A stretch of 64,000 bases of DNA from Octopus vulgaris (lineage: Eukaryota). Made by a program: the position numbers and the translations under genes. The stretch covers positions 14,694,001 to 14,758,000 of the forward strand of contig OX597822.1 in assembly GCA_951406725.2 (NCBI GenBank). Direction: 5' to 3'. The notes beneath the pieces were generated by a model that was given only the letters and a program-made list of their open reading frames with translations, made no database searches and was not told where the DNA came from. Shown here one piece after another: positions 12,901 through 27,458 of this stretch. Each line of letters begins with the position of its first letter. Position 1 is the stretch's first letter.

Positions 12901-15672
12901 TATATGTGTACATATTACATGTACATCTGTATATATACATCTACACATAAAATACAAAATACAAAGTTATATCTTGATATCGCTAGTGATAACAATACTC
13001 AAAATATATAACAGACTGGAATTGTTAGCCCGTCTCTTGTAATTTTGATCAATTGTATCTTGTCCTTCGTCTTGTATAGAAGTGTGGCTACAATCCAGCC
13101 TACCTCTACTGCTGGGGAGGGGGCATTTTAAATTTTTATCCGGGACCTCCTACGTCCCAGATATAAAGGTAAAAATAAAATATTTCCACTTTGCAAGTTC
13201 GAGTCGAGTACTCCCGTTGACTCGAACCTTGCTTTTATTGAGGCGAATTTACCTTTCATAGTCGCACCAAGACACTTTTCGAAGGTGCTTTCCTCCATGT
13301 GTTCGAATATTCTTTTTTCTCTACATTGTATGCTTTATAGACAATAGTCTTTTCTTTAATTTAATTTTTTATTATCCATCTGGACTATTCCATTTCTGCA
13401 CGCTAATTTTATTTTTAATTTATTCCCATTCATGTGGAACAACTTATTCAAGTTCAAATCATTGACGCCATTTTATACCAATTGCTATTTTTACTTTTGT
13501 TATGTTACAATTATATTATACTTTAGTTTGATTTTAATTATTACTTACTACATATAATTCAATTGTTATTATTATTTTTATTGTTAAAGTGAAAGTATCT
13601 GACATAAAATAGAGGAATGTTTTTGTTTCCCTTTTAACACGTAATACTGAAATAGTGGAGAAGATATGATATTGCTATGGGCTCGCTCTAGGCAAGAAAT
13701 TGAACATTTTTTTGCCCATGAAACTACATAGACCCTAAGTAAGGCATGTGTAAAATTTGAATGAAATTGGTTGAGTAGTTCACAAGTTTTAGGGAATCGT
13801 AGTGGAGAAGATATGATATTGCTGTGGGCTCGCCCTAGGCAAAACGTTAAACATTTTTTGCCGATGACATTCCCCAGACCCTAAGTAAGGCATGTGTAAA
13901 ATTTGAATGAAATTGTTGTGTAGTTCTCAAGTTTTAGGGAAACACACAGACAGACAGACAGACATTCTCAGTTTTATATATATAAAGATAATATGGAAAC
14001 TGTCAGAGACACGGTATAGAGTAGCGGGATGAGAGAAGGGGTCAGAGTAACAAGCATTTACTTGCTTTAATCATGCTGAGCTGCCGCCTTGAAGAATCGA
14101 TCCCACTAATTTTCCTTTTCTTTAGGTTTGCTACTTCATCTATCGGTTACTTTTGCCCAACCGCTAATTTACGAGTGTCTAAGCGTAACAACACCGGACT
14201 TTAAGCGGTGGTGGGGACAGTGATCAAGCGCGAGCGCGCACACACACACACATGCTGCGGGTTTCTTTGTTTCCATATACAACATTCATTCCCAAAGCTT
14301 TGGTCGACCCGAGTCTATATTAATTTACACTTGCCCAAGGTGTCAAGCAGTGGTACTGAACCCAGAGCAATTTGGTCGGGAAACAAATGGCTTATCCCAC
14401 AGTCAAACCTGCGCCTATATTGAGTTCGTAGAATCGTCAGGGTGTGGAAATAATTGCTTTCGTTATATCTTTTAGTTCTATAAATTCTTTGTTCAAATCC
14501 AGCCCAGATGAACTCGATCAATAAATAAGTGTACCAATCAAGTACTGGAGTCGATATAATCGGCTAACCCCTACCCTCACCCTTAAGATTGCTGTCGTCG
14601 AACTTAAACAAGACACTATTATTTCGTTCGCCACTTTGTGCCCAGAGTTCAAACCCTGCCGAGCTCAAACTTTACCCCTGTTTTCTAACATTAACTCAGT
14701 CCGTGTTTCAAATCTATCCTGGTTGAATTTCTTTTCTTTATTGTTCGGCAATCGGTTGGTTATTCAGTTTATTTAAACAGTATAGATTGATGATTTTGGA
14801 GATAATTAATTGAAATACAAACATATTTTGGCAGGAAGGAAAGAAAGGAAAAACATTAAAATTATAAAATATCAAATTATCAAGAATCAAACCCAAAAAT
14901 CGTGGGGTGAATTAAAGAGCAAATGATGGAGGTGGAGATAGTAACAGTTTGTGCACCTTGAACGAAATGGTGTGTTCAGCCACACATCGTAGGCATGATC
15001 GGCCCGGAGTATGGCCAGCAGCACTCACTGCAACAACCACCCCACCTCGTTGGACTAATTTTATATCTTATACTTGAGCTCTGATATTCACATGCCCGTG
15101 AGGTCATGTTGCCTTAATCGAGTTATCAAAGACAAAATATATTTGTTATAAGTTTTATTTTTGCATAATGTACATCGTGCAACTTTCAAAAACAGCCTTG
15201 AAACAATTAATATCTCGAATATTTTATTCATGAAATTTACCATTATCTTATCACCTAAGTATTTACAGTCATTTCTGACTATGAACGAGATTTTGTCTGT
15301 TCGGTATCATATTACTATCTTCCAATTAATGCCAATCACAACGGCTTTTATAATCCTAGACAATGTCTTTAGGTAGACTTTATGTAACATCTCTACATTC
15401 GAAACAGATTCTTACCCGCCTCGTTTATTTGTTTATTGTATGCCATGATATCGGACTTCACTTGTATTATAAATGTAAACTCCTAAAGTGTTGTGCCTAA
15501 AAGTCAATGAAATAAAGAACAAGTAAATATTCAGATTGAAGAGTTGTCATTTTTCTGAGTTTCATGAATTGAATAAAGAACTTGAAGGAACTTTCAGAAA
15601 TGCTTTTTTTCTTATACCATCAGCTTCGAGTTGATCAATGCGCTCATTGTTTATTGTGAGTAATAGACAGTG

Positions 15673-15736
<64 letters not shown>

Positions 15737-15737
15737 C

Positions 15738-15772
<35 letters not shown>

Positions 15773-15777
15773 ATATA

Positions 15778-16330
15778 TGGTGGCTGCCCCCTCGTTATCG
15801 AGTATGGCCATTGCACGAAGCTTAATCAATGTTGTTATCGTGCAATGCCTGTGCAAGAAGACTTTTTTTAAAGTGAAAAAAGGCTGTGCCCTGAGTCAAT
15901 CCCACTCACTAAGCAACAGCAGCCACAATCCGAAAAGAAGAACAAGTCAACATCATCGGTAACCACTGAGCCGCAAGTTTTATGTCAGAGTTATCCCAGT
16001 TACCTTAGTTACCTTCTCCTAGAAGGATGCCCTAACAAAGGCTAGGAGTCCTTCACTCCCAATGGTTTAACCGCGCGATCGGGTATTCAGTCCGATTATT
16101 TCTATGTCCCCGCGCATGATACATCCTTAAGAAATTTATTGGATGTCTGTTGACTCTCAAGAGTTTCTCCGCCCTTTGACGGGCTCTGTTTTTCATTCCG
16201 CAGGGTGTCCAATAAACACCCTCCTCACCAAACAAACTTGGTGGGGTTGCCGGTTTAGTCACCGACGACCCGACCATGCAACAGGTTGAACTGGCTTACA
16301 TGTTACCAGTAGCACTCGAACGTGACCTGA
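15778..16330. repeat. Unclassified interspersed repeat of about 550 bp; a second copy at about 33843-35660 is split by a mariner
   Basis: Long near-identical alignment (ccctcgttatcgagtatggccattgcacgaagc... to ...catgttaccagt), flanked by TA-rich microsatellite. Confidence 0.8.
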
Positions 16331-16364
16331 CATGTATATATATACATCCATACAGACACACAAA

Positions 16365-16427
<63 letters not shown>

Positions 16428-16450
16428 GTATATATATATATATTTGTGAA

Positions 16451-16577
16451 TTAAGGCTACCATTGGTTTTATGTTAAGAAAATTAGGAAAATATCCTTGT
16501 GTCTTAAAGATTTTCTTAATATTTCTCTCTAGGATATTTTTCGACTTTTCTCAATGTGAAACTAATGGTAGCTTTAA
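16451..16577. mobile_element. Fold-back MITE-like element of about 127 bp (also 25192-25318 and 58605-58731)
   Basis: Terminal inverted repeats TTAAGGCTAcCATT...AATGgTAGCYTTAA, at the equivalent intron position in all three paralogues. Confidence 0.6.
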
Positions 16578-16736
16578 TACATTAAAAAACAAATGATATA
16601 TCCATCAATGCAGTATTGAGCACTCATTTCATCTTTCTACATTTACACACACACGCACATACATACTTGTATAGATGTATATAATGGTATGTAAGTGTGT
16701 TAGTATGCGCCTGCGTGTGTGTGTATATATATGAGT

Positions 16737-16794
<58 letters not shown>

Positions 16795-17063
16795 ATATTT
16801 GTGTCTTGCGATTTGTCTCTGTGGTTGAGAATTAAGTTTTTACGTTCCCATAACTTCGCGGTTCGGTTAATAAGTGGAATGAGTACGAGATATGACAAAA
16901 AAGAAAGGAGCATAAAACACAAATTTAGTTCCGCCTTTAATTAAAATGAAGCCAAAAATGAGACAAATTTCTTCTTATTGCGAACCACTTTAGTAATAAA
17001 TAACCGAGAAAAAACCTTTAATAGCATTAGCAGCCTTACTTAATCTTCCACAGACAGCGTGTG

Positions 17064-17119
<56 letters not shown>

Positions 17120-17184
17120 GAAGGCAATGAAGTAAAAGAAGAGAACACGGGATGGACAAGTTTGAACAAAAATTGGAAAAGTTT

Positions 17185-17350
17185 AGGCGCAGGAGTGGCT
17201 GTGTGGTAAGTAGCTTGCTAACCAACCACATGGTTCCGGGTTCAGTCCCACTGCGTGTCATCTTGGGCAAGTGTCTTCTGCTATAGCCCCGGGCCGACCA
17301 ATGCATTGTGAGTGGATTTGGTAGACGGAAACTGAAAAAAGCCTGTCGTA

Positions 17351-17426
<76 letters not shown>

Positions 17427-17660
17427 GTGTGCATGTATGTGTTTGTGTGTCTGTGTTTGTCTCCCTAGCATTGCTTGACAACCGATGCTGGTGTGTTTAT
17501 GTCCCCGTCACTTAGCGGTCCGGCAAAAGAGACCGATAGAATAAGTACTGGGCTTACAAAAGAATAAGTCCCGGGGTCGAGTTGCTCGATTAAAGGTGGT
17601 GCTCCAGCATGGCCGCAGTCAAATGACTGAAACAAGTAAAAGAGTAAAAGAGTAAAAGAG
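17185..17660 (+). mobile_element. Full-length cephalopod SINE with an internal (TA)n tract and (gtaaaaga)n tail
   Basis: Head aggcgcaggagtggctgtgtggtaag...gggttcagtccc and tail gactgaaacaagtaaaagagtaaaagag. Absent from the equivalent position in paralogue 2. Confidence 0.85.
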
Positions 17661-17772
17661 AGAGTAAACTTAAAATAAAATGAGAAAGCAATTACGTTTC
17701 AGACGTTAGTCTTTCACAGGAACAAAGACAGAGAGAAAATAAGAACGAACGGGAATGAAGAAATATTGATGG

Positions 17773-17829
<57 letters not shown>

Positions 17830-18190
17830 CGTGTGCTAAGGACCAGGAGTGAAGGCGGTTTTGTAGGAGAGGAGTTATATTGGTCATGTAGCGTCATATA
17901 AATTGCGTACTCCAGACATTTTGTTCCTTCCTGTCTTTCTCCCTTTTCCGACGATGAGTTATGCTCGAAACATCATTTCCGCTCCTATTTATTCCATCTA
18001 AGACTTTCACTAAGCGTCAATCTGATGTCCTCACTGTGTACATCTAATCGACATTCGTAGTAGTAGTAGTTTGTTTGTTTTTTTGTTTTTGCATGACTCA
18101 TAAGGGCCGGTTTCTCGGTTTCTTGGCGTATATGCTCCCCAGCTGGACGGGACGCCAGTCCATCGCCCGGTAGTAGTAGTAGTAGTAGTT

Positions 18191-18233
<43 letters not shown>

Positions 18234-18572
18234 AGTAATAGCTGCAGCAGCAGCAACAACAACAGCGACAGTGAGCCAATTCGGGTGTCCCTATGCGGTT
18301 TCTCTCTCTGCTAGACATAGCAGCTATATCTATTTCAATAACATTACACCATTTCGTAAAGACCCAATAGGACATAATTTTAGTGTTTTAGTCCCGTGTA
18401 TAGCTACAACAACAACAACAACAACCACAACAATGAGAATTAAAGCAACAAAGACTATGACAACAACAGCAACACCAGAACACCAACAACAGCAGCAGCA
18501 GTAGCATCAGCAGCAGTAGCAGCAGCAGCAACCCCGACAATTTCTATTATAAAAGGTAAAATACAAGCAAAC

Positions 18573-18595
18573 CGTGTGTTTTCTGCGACATCCAT
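18573..18595 (-). CDS. Putative first coding segment of transporter copy 1 (MDVAENTR)
   Basis: ATG GAT GTC GCA GAA AAC ACA CG|gtttgc. The phase-2 donor matches the phase-2 acceptor of the next exon, and the segment is identical in all three paralogues. The joined CDS is about 543 aa. Confidence 0.6.
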
Positions 18596-19402
18596 TCTTC
18601 AATTCTTCCGTCTCGTAATCTTCCAGTTCTGTTGATGTTTCTCTTTACTTCAACCACAAATATCAGCGATTTGAAATTTCTTACAATATTTCAATAAGAC
18701 TAAACGTGACGGTAATATCTGTAAGGACATTCAAGCTTGTGTGTGAGTGTGTGTCTGTGAATGTATTTATGCATATATGTGTTTATATACATACACAAGA
18801 TTTATAAAAGTATACATATATATATATATCTACATAACTCTCTATATACATATCTATATATAAACATATACACATGTATATGCACATGGGTGTATGTGTG
18901 TGTGTGTGTGCATCTGTGAGTCTATGTACGTGTGCATTTATGAATGTATGCATGTGTGTTAATGAGTTGCACAATCGCCTAATTATGTTTCTGTCCACGA
19001 AATTGATAACACGATATCAGCAGAACCGAGAAACGTAAAGAGATTCTGACTTATAGTTTAAACTAGTTTAAGTTATTTCGTTTATATAAATCTGAAACTA
19101 ATTGCCTAATGTCCTTATTTGAAATAATTTCACCCCATTAGTGTAGTTATAATCTATACAAACACACCGTGTTGGGATGTGTTGTATTTAGTTTTCAGGA
19201 AACCTTCAATATTTTTGAAAAAGTGTTCAGTTTGTAGAAGCGGAAACAAGGATGGCAAGGTGAGAGAGACAGTCATAGGCATATATACATATGCAAGAAG
19301 TTATGGATTATTTCTTGAGCGTGGCACCTTGATTTCCCTCTCTCTCTCTCTTTCTATATATATATATATGTATGAATGTGTTTCTATGTATGTATATATA
19401 TA

Positions 19403-19474
<72 letters not shown>

Positions 19475-19668
19475 GCGTCTGGAAATTAATTACAATTTTC
19501 ATTTCCAGTGGCCTAACATGTAAAAATTTAGTCCAAAGACTATGTATTAGTCATAAAATACAGTGTACATTTAAACACATAAGGAATCCACTCGTGGGAT
19601 TCAACACGCTAGAAAGAAAAGCTAGGTTCTATAACCACAAAAGTTAGGGATAAAATTCGACAGGAGCG

Positions 19669-19686
19669 AATGTATATTTTGTATCT

Positions 19687-19724
<38 letters not shown>

Positions 19725-20072
19725 TGTATAAACAGTTGCAGCGTTGAAGGTGTTTATAAGCAATTTAAGAAACATACATAAACCGTTAGATTCATTCAAC
19801 ATTTAAATTTAATTTGTCCAAATATTTTCGTCGTTTTGAGACCGCGACCTGTTCACTGACAAAACTTCGTGCCGCACAAAGTTTTGTCAGTGAACAGGTC
19901 GCGGTCTCAAAACGACGAAAATATTTGGACAAATTAAATTTAAATGTTGAAGTGAATCTAACGGTTTATGTATGTTTCTTAAATGGCTTATAAACACCTT
20001 CAACGCTGCAACTGTTTATACATATATATATACATATACATATATATATATATAAGATACAAAATATACATT
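19669..20072. repeat. Near-perfect palindrome of about 400 bp centred at 19873, with a hammerhead-like fold in each arm
   Basis: Arms aatgtatattttgtatc...ctgacaaaact / agttttgtcag...gatacaaaatatacatt are reverse complements with only a few differences. Confidence 0.9.
19883..19933 (+). ncRNA. Candidate variant hammerhead ribozyme (G3-C8 core); mirror copy at 19813-19863 minus
   Basis: TTTGTCa-GTGAACA-g-GTCG(cggtctcaaaa)CGAC-GAAA-ATAT-TT-gGACAAA. Stems I and II pair, the core differs from CUGANGA by a compensatory swap, and there is one mismatch at the base of stem I. Confidence 0.4.
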
Positions 20073-21091
20073 AAGTGAAAACTAAATACAACACTTTAAA
20101 CTATATACATTAAATCAAAAAAATTAATATATTTATTTAATAAACATCCAAATAAAGTCTAAAACCCATTAAGCAAGTAATACTAAAACCTTAATATTAA
20201 TTAATATACACAATGCTAGTGCAAGCCATAAATACTGGAATCAAAAATGAGAAATGGTTCAAATATAGACACATCCATTATATAAACTAACTATATAATT
20301 AATATACATGTAGTATCTATAGATTTAATATATCACTCAATAATATAGTTGACCAAAATATCAATTAATATAAAAGCTCATTTACTTAAATGTAATACTA
20401 CTTAATAAATATACCACCTAATTATTAAATAATGTATTGTCTAACAAAATTAATTCTCAAATTAAATAATATATAATACGTTAAATCCCTTTATAAAAAT
20501 AATAGTAACGCATTCTAAATAAATAGATATCATAATAACTATCATAACTTATAACTATCAATATATATAAAAATAATATTTCATCAACAATAATAATAAC
20601 AATAATAATCAAACCCAATATAATTCAAAAGCCAAATAATATTTATAAGCAAAAACCGTTAGTTAGCTTGTCGATGAAAATAATATAACTGAATTTTAAA
20701 CGTAAAAAATTATATATAGGTCTAAGTATTTATAAAAATTAAACGCGTGAAGACTGAGTGTAAACAAATAGAATAAATTATCAATGAAAATGGCGAAAAC
20801 TATTTATTAATGAAAAATAGGAAAAAAAATATTTAAGCTTCATGAATCAAAGTAATAAAAATAGGATAACAAATATTGCTTGTTCATCAATACTACCCGG
20901 ACCCTATATCAACACTGTACCCGACTATTATTATTATTGTCACCATCATTGCTACTAACCCAATCTACGACAAACTTATTTAACTTATCTTTCAGTATGT
21001 ATTAAGCCTTATTTCGTTTTATGTTATTTATTTATTGTAGAAATTATTTAATAGTATTAGAGTATCATTTACTATATTATTATATGTTATT

Positions 21092-21308
21092 ACTCTTTTT
21101 ACTCTTTTACTCTTTTACATGTTTCAGTCATTTGACTGCGGCCATGCTGGAGCACCGCGACCCCGAGACTTATTCTTTGTAAGCCCAGTACTTATTCTAT
21201 CGGTCTCTTTTGCCGAACCGCTAGGTGACGGGGACGTAAACACACCAGCATCGGTTGTCAAACAATGCTAGGGGGACAAACACCGACACACAAACATATA
21301 CACACACA

Positions 21309-21384
<76 letters not shown>

Positions 21385-21521
21385 CGACAAGCTTCTTTCA
21401 GTTTCCGTTTACCAAATCCACTCACAAGGCATTGGTCGGCCTGGGGCTATAGCAGAAGACACTTGCCCAAGATGCCACGTAGTGGGACTGAACCCGGAAC
21501 CACACAGCCACTCCTGCGCCT
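21092..21521 (-). mobile_element. SINE of the same family as 17185
   Basis: Reverse complement of the same head, body and (gtaaaaga)n tail. Confidence 0.85.
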
Positions 21522-22009
21522 ATTAATATTTTAAACAAAATGACAAAAACTTTTTGTTGATGGGGAGTGTGAGATGCGTTTGGGCTTCATGAGTTGGAGA
21601 GAGGTGGGTGGGATGGGGTGGTAGAGGGCATCTGGCTATAGTTGGCGGTTTGTTGTTGATTGTAGGATAGTACTGAGGGGAAGGCCATACTGCTGCTATT
21701 AACAATGACACACGTACAGGCATACACACGCATACATACACACACATGCTCACACACACACGCATGCGCACATAGGGATACACATCTTAGAATAACAGAA
21801 TGGAGTAATTGGAGCAAGAGCACATACGAAAAAGAAAAGTGAGGCTGAAGAGGTCACAGGTGTGTGACGAAGGATTTCTGCACAATGGACATGAGTTAAA
21901 ACAAAATAAAATTTAAAAAACAGTAATAAACGAATGAAGAACGAATATATAGTGTATGTTTATTTGGCAAATAAACACATAAACACACACACACATACAT
22001 ATATAGCTG

Positions 22010-22380
<371 letters not shown>

Positions 22381-23008
22381 ACTTCAAAGTGCCACGCGCA
22401 AGAAATAATCCTTTGTACTAAAGGCACAAGGCCTGAAATTTGGTGGGAAGGGACCAGTCGATTACATCGAATCCAGTGTTTCACTGGTACTTGATTTATC
22501 GACCACGAAAGGATGAAAGGTAAAGTCGGCCTCGGTAGAGTTTGAACTCAACGCGCGAGGAATAATGCCCAACGTCGTAACTTCACATATACGAATATAT
22601 GTATATGTCTATGACAGTCTCTTTCACCTTACCATGCGCTGTTGGTTTGTTTTCGTTTCTGCAACCTCAACACTTTTTCAAAAATGTTGACGGTTTCCTA
22701 AAAACTAAATACAACACATCCCAACACGGTGTGTTTGTGTAGATTATAAATATAATAATAGGGTGAAAGTTTTAAACAGCTTAAAATAAGGACATTATTT
22801 ATGAAAAGGAAATAACTCAACCTAGTTTAAGCAAATTGTCAGCATAACGTTACGCGTTTTGCCGATATCATGTTATAAATTACGTGGACAGAAACATAAT
22901 TAGGACTTGTTTCAACTCATTAACATTCAGGCACGCATCCATTCATCCATACAGATATACACTTACACACGCACTTTATATGTATACACACACACATATA
23001 CACACACT

Positions 23009-23041
<33 letters not shown>

Positions 23042-23052
23042 CTATATCTATC

Positions 23053-23084
<32 letters not shown>

Positions 23085-23446
23085 CATATATATATATACA
23101 TATACAGGTATATATGTATAGACATATATATATATAATTATGTATATATACACATATATAGATATATATGTACATACATATGTAAATATATATATGTATG
23201 TGTATACATATGCATACTTTTATAAATGTGTATAGATACATATACGCATTCATGCCTATATACATAGATACATTCACAGACACACACTCCCACGGATACG
23301 CTCAGCACGAGTGTTTTTATAGATATTACCGTCACGTTTAGTCGTATTGAAATATTGTAAGAAATTTCAAATCGCTGATATTTGCGGTTGAAGTAAAGAC
23401 AAACATCAACAGAACTGGAAGATTACGAGAATTGAAGAATTGAAGA

Positions 23447-23469
23447 ATGGATGTCGCAGAAAACACACG
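23447..23469 (+). CDS. Putative first coding segment of transporter copy 2 (MDVAENTR)
   Basis: Same 23-nt ATG...CG|gtttgc segment as copies 1 and 3. Possible upstream acceptor tttttatag|ATATTACC near 23323. Confidence 0.6.
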
Positions 23470-23759
23470 GTTTGCTTGTATTTTACCTTTTATAATAGAA
23501 ATTGTCGGAGTTGCTGCTGCTGTTGGTGTTATTGTTGTTGCTGTTGTTGTCATAGTCTTTGTTGCTTTTATTCTCATTGTTGTGGTTGTTGTTGCTGTTG
23601 TAGCTATACACGGGACTAAAACACTAAAATTATGCCCTATTGGGTTTTTACGAAATGGAGTAATGTTATTGAAATAGATATAGCTGCTGTGTCTAGCAGA
23701 GAGGGAAACCGCATAGGGACACCCGAATTGACTCACTGTCACTGTTGTTGCTGTTGTTG

Positions 23760-23866
<107 letters not shown>

Positions 23867-24148
23867 ATAGTGCTACTATTATTACTAACACCACCACAAC
23901 CACCACCAGTACTACTATCCCCAGCAAAGTTGAATAGACGTACACAGTGAGGACATCAGATTGACGCTTAGTGAAAGTCTTAGGTAGAATAAATAGGAGC
24001 GGAAACGATGTTTCGAGCATAACTCATCGTCGGAAAAGGGAGAAAAACAGGAAGGAACAAAAAGTTCGGAGTACAAAATTTATTTGGCGTTACATGAGCA
24101 ATATAACTCCTCTCCTAAAAAACCGCTTTCACTCCTGGTCCCTAACAT

Positions 24149-24213
<65 letters not shown>

Positions 24214-24414
24214 TCCATCAATATTTTCTCATTCAGGTTCCTTTTTTACTTATTGTGTTTTTTGTCTTTATCTTTCTTCCTATGAAAGATTAACGTCTGA
24301 AACGTCATTGCTTTCTCCTTTCGTTTTAAATTCTAAACTAATCCAGTTTTTGTTCAAACTTGCCATTCCTTGTTGTTCTCTTGTTTTGGTTCATTATCTT
24401 GCAAACGCACACAC

Positions 24415-24458
<44 letters not shown>

Positions 24459-24631
24459 ACACACGCTGGCTGTGGAAGATTGAGTAAGGCTGCTAATGCT
24501 ACTAAAGGTTTTTTCTCGGTTATTTATTACTAAAGTGGTTCGCGATAAGAAGTCGCGTTTCATTTTCGTTTCTCTCCTTTTCCTTTCTTTATCCTATGGC
24601 TGTTTTTTCCTGGTACTTATTCCACATATTT

Positions 24632-24859
24632 TTTTTACTACCCACAAGGGGCTAAACACAGAGGGGGCAAACAAGGACAGACAAACGGATTAAGTCGATT
24701 ACATCGACCCCAGTGCGTAACTGGTACTTAATTTATCGACCCCGAAAGGATGAAAGGCAAAGTCGACCTCGGCGGAATTTGAACTCAGAACGTAACGGCA
24801 GACGAAATACGGCCACGCATTTCGCCCGGTGTGCTAACGTTTCTGCCAGCTCGCCGCTT
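24632..24859 (-). mobile_element. Young SINE (1245 family) with a 15-bp target-site duplication
   Basis: TSD ttattccacatattt at 24617-24631 and 24860-24874. Confidence 0.9.
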
Positions 24860-25017
24860 TTATTCCACATATTTACCAAAATCAACATGGTTCTCAAGTA
24901 CAGAGACCAACAAGATACACGTGCGCATACACACACATACACATATATATACACTCTTACACGCGTACACAAACACATACACACACACATACATACATAC
25001 ATACATACATACATACA

Positions 25018-25048
<31 letters not shown>

Positions 25049-26003
25049 GTACATGCGTACATACAGACCTTTATATAAATATATACTAGTATATACTAGT
25101 ATGTATGTACATGTGTGTGTGTATAAATGTCAAAAGATGAAATGAATGCTCAACACCGCATTGGTGGATATATAATTTCATTTTTTAAAAATTAAGGCTA
25201 CCATTAGTTTCACGTTAAGAAAAGTATTAAAATATCCTAGTGGGAAATATTAAGAAAATCGCTAAGACACTAGGATATTCTCCTACTTTACTTAACATGA
25301 AACCAATGCTAGCCTTAATTTACAAATATATATGTAGTTAGTTTCTTGATAATTTGATATTTTATAATATTAATGTTTTTCCTTTCTTTCCTTCCTGCCA
25401 AAATATGTTTGTATTTCAATTAATTATCTCCAAAATCATCAATCTATACTGTTTAAATAAACTCAATAACCAACCGATTGCCTAACAATAAAGAAAAGAA
25501 ATTCAACCAGGATAGATTTGAAACTCGGACTGAGTTAATGTTAGAAAACAGGGGTAAAGTTTGAGCTCAGTAGGTTTTGAACTCTGGGCACAAATGGCGA
25601 ACGAAATAATAGTTTCTAGTTTAAGTTCGATGACAGCAATTCTAAGGGGTGAGGGTGGGGGTTGGTACACTAATATATCGATCGTGAGGCAAAGTTCATC
25701 AGCCGGATTTGAACACAGAATGTATAGAACCAGAAGATATAACGAAAGCAATTATTTCCACACCCTGACGATTCTACGAACTCAATATAGGCGCAGGTGT
25801 GGCTGTGGGATAAGCTATTTGTTTCCCGACCAAATTGCTCTGGGTTCTGTCCCACTGCTTGACACCTTGGGCAAGTGTAAATTAATATAGCCTCCGGGTC
25901 GACCAAAGCTTCGTGAATGAACGTTGTAGATGGAAACCGAAAGAAGCTCGCAGCATATGTATGTGCGCCTATGTACGTATATGTGTGCATGTGTGTGTAT
26001 AGT

Positions 26004-26070
<67 letters not shown>

Positions 26071-26217
26071 TAAGTAATTAAGGGTTTAGCAACGAATTGC
26101 CTCACCAACACACCGAATTTAGAAATAGCAGTCAAAGAGATATAGCTATTCCTTCTACTAAAAGGGGGATCTCAGTAAAAACACAGTGAAATTAATTAAT
26201 TTCACCCTTTATTATTA

Positions 26218-26275
<58 letters not shown>

Positions 26276-26358
26276 GGTCCCGGGTTGATTCGGGGTTAAC
26301 CACAGTAAATAAGGTACTCAATACATAGCAGAGTAAAATTAATTTATTATATAGAAGG

Positions 26359-26409
26359 AGCTTCTACAGGACTAGAACTGTTTCATTCAAGAGAAATCTT
26401 CAGGAAGCT
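26359..26409 (-). ncRNA. Type I hammerhead ribozyme in the PLE 3' pseudo-LTR (sense to the ORF)
   Basis: AGCTTC-CTGAAGA-tTTC(tctt)GAAt-GAAA-CAG(ttctagtc)CTG-TA-GAAGCT. Stem I is 6 bp, stem III is 4 bp, the site is GUA, and there is a U-U mismatch at the base of stem II. Confidence 0.7.
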
Positions 26410-26744
26410 AGTTAACAAGAATTGTATTGGCATTTATACATTTAGGCAGGTTTAAAGGGGTGGTGGTGGGGGACTTTTTGGGGGTAGGCATAGCGCAAAA
26501 TATCATACTTGGGGAGTGGTCAAGGAGTCAGTGGTAAATTAGATAAAAGAATAAATAAAAAAATAAAAAAATATATATAAAAAAGAATAGAGTTTTAGGT
26601 AAATAAGGAGATTCTCACTTATACCTATACACATATGTATACATATATACACACACATACATACATATATACATACGCACATACATACACACACACACAT
26701 ATACATATATATACACATACACATACATATACATATCTACACAT

Positions 26745-26787
<43 letters not shown>

Positions 26788-26963
26788 CACTCACTCACAT
26801 GCATACTCGTATACACACATGTATATATACACAAACGACCACACATACATATACACACAGAAAAATATATATACATACACACATACACACATGCACACAC
26901 AGCACACTAGTCCCTATATACACATATATACACATACACACATATATATACATACACATACAT

Positions 26964-27003
<40 letters not shown>

Positions 27004-27419
27004 GTGTACCTATACATACCTACACATAGACACATATATATACATACAAATACAGACCCATTCCCTAATTTTAATTTTATTATCTTCATTTATTACTTTT
27101 GTTATCTTTGACCGCTGGTCCCAAGGATCTTGGCTATGACAGCAAGTCCATTTATCTGTCTACTTGAAAACAAGCACTCATTCACGCACGCACACTCATT
27201 AGCACGTACACTCACTCATTCGTACACTCATACACATACACGCACGCACGCGTTATATTCATACATACATACATCTACATACATTCACGTATATACACAT
27301 ACGTACGCGTACCTACAGATTCATGTCTACACTCTTAGAAGGCTAGTCTATACATATACACCAATAAATATATATATATACACACATACATATACACCTA
27401 CATACAAATACACACACAC

Positions 27420-27458
<39 letters not shown>

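Larger units (their letters stand above)
8442..13988 (-). mobile_element. Composite Helitron insertion (tandem units, one carrying a Rep-Hel relic)
   Basis: 5' catattA|TCTTTATATATATAAAACTGAG at 13988. The 3' hairpin ccgggcaacgctggg plus CTAG ends at 8442. Paralogue 3 has the empty site catattA|Tactaaataaag (about 59642-59660), so insertion was at A|T with no TSD. Confidence 0.85.

Noticed and set aside
20075-21090. Very AT-rich stretch as a mitochondrial insertion or coding region
   Set aside because: No recognisable mitochondrial gene, tRNA or ORF. It is more likely a decayed repeat interior.
25538-25560. Alternative first coding exon ATGTTAGAAAACAGGG|gtaaag
   Set aside because: Its splice phase does not match the phase-2 acceptor of the next exon, and the donor is not conserved in copy 3.
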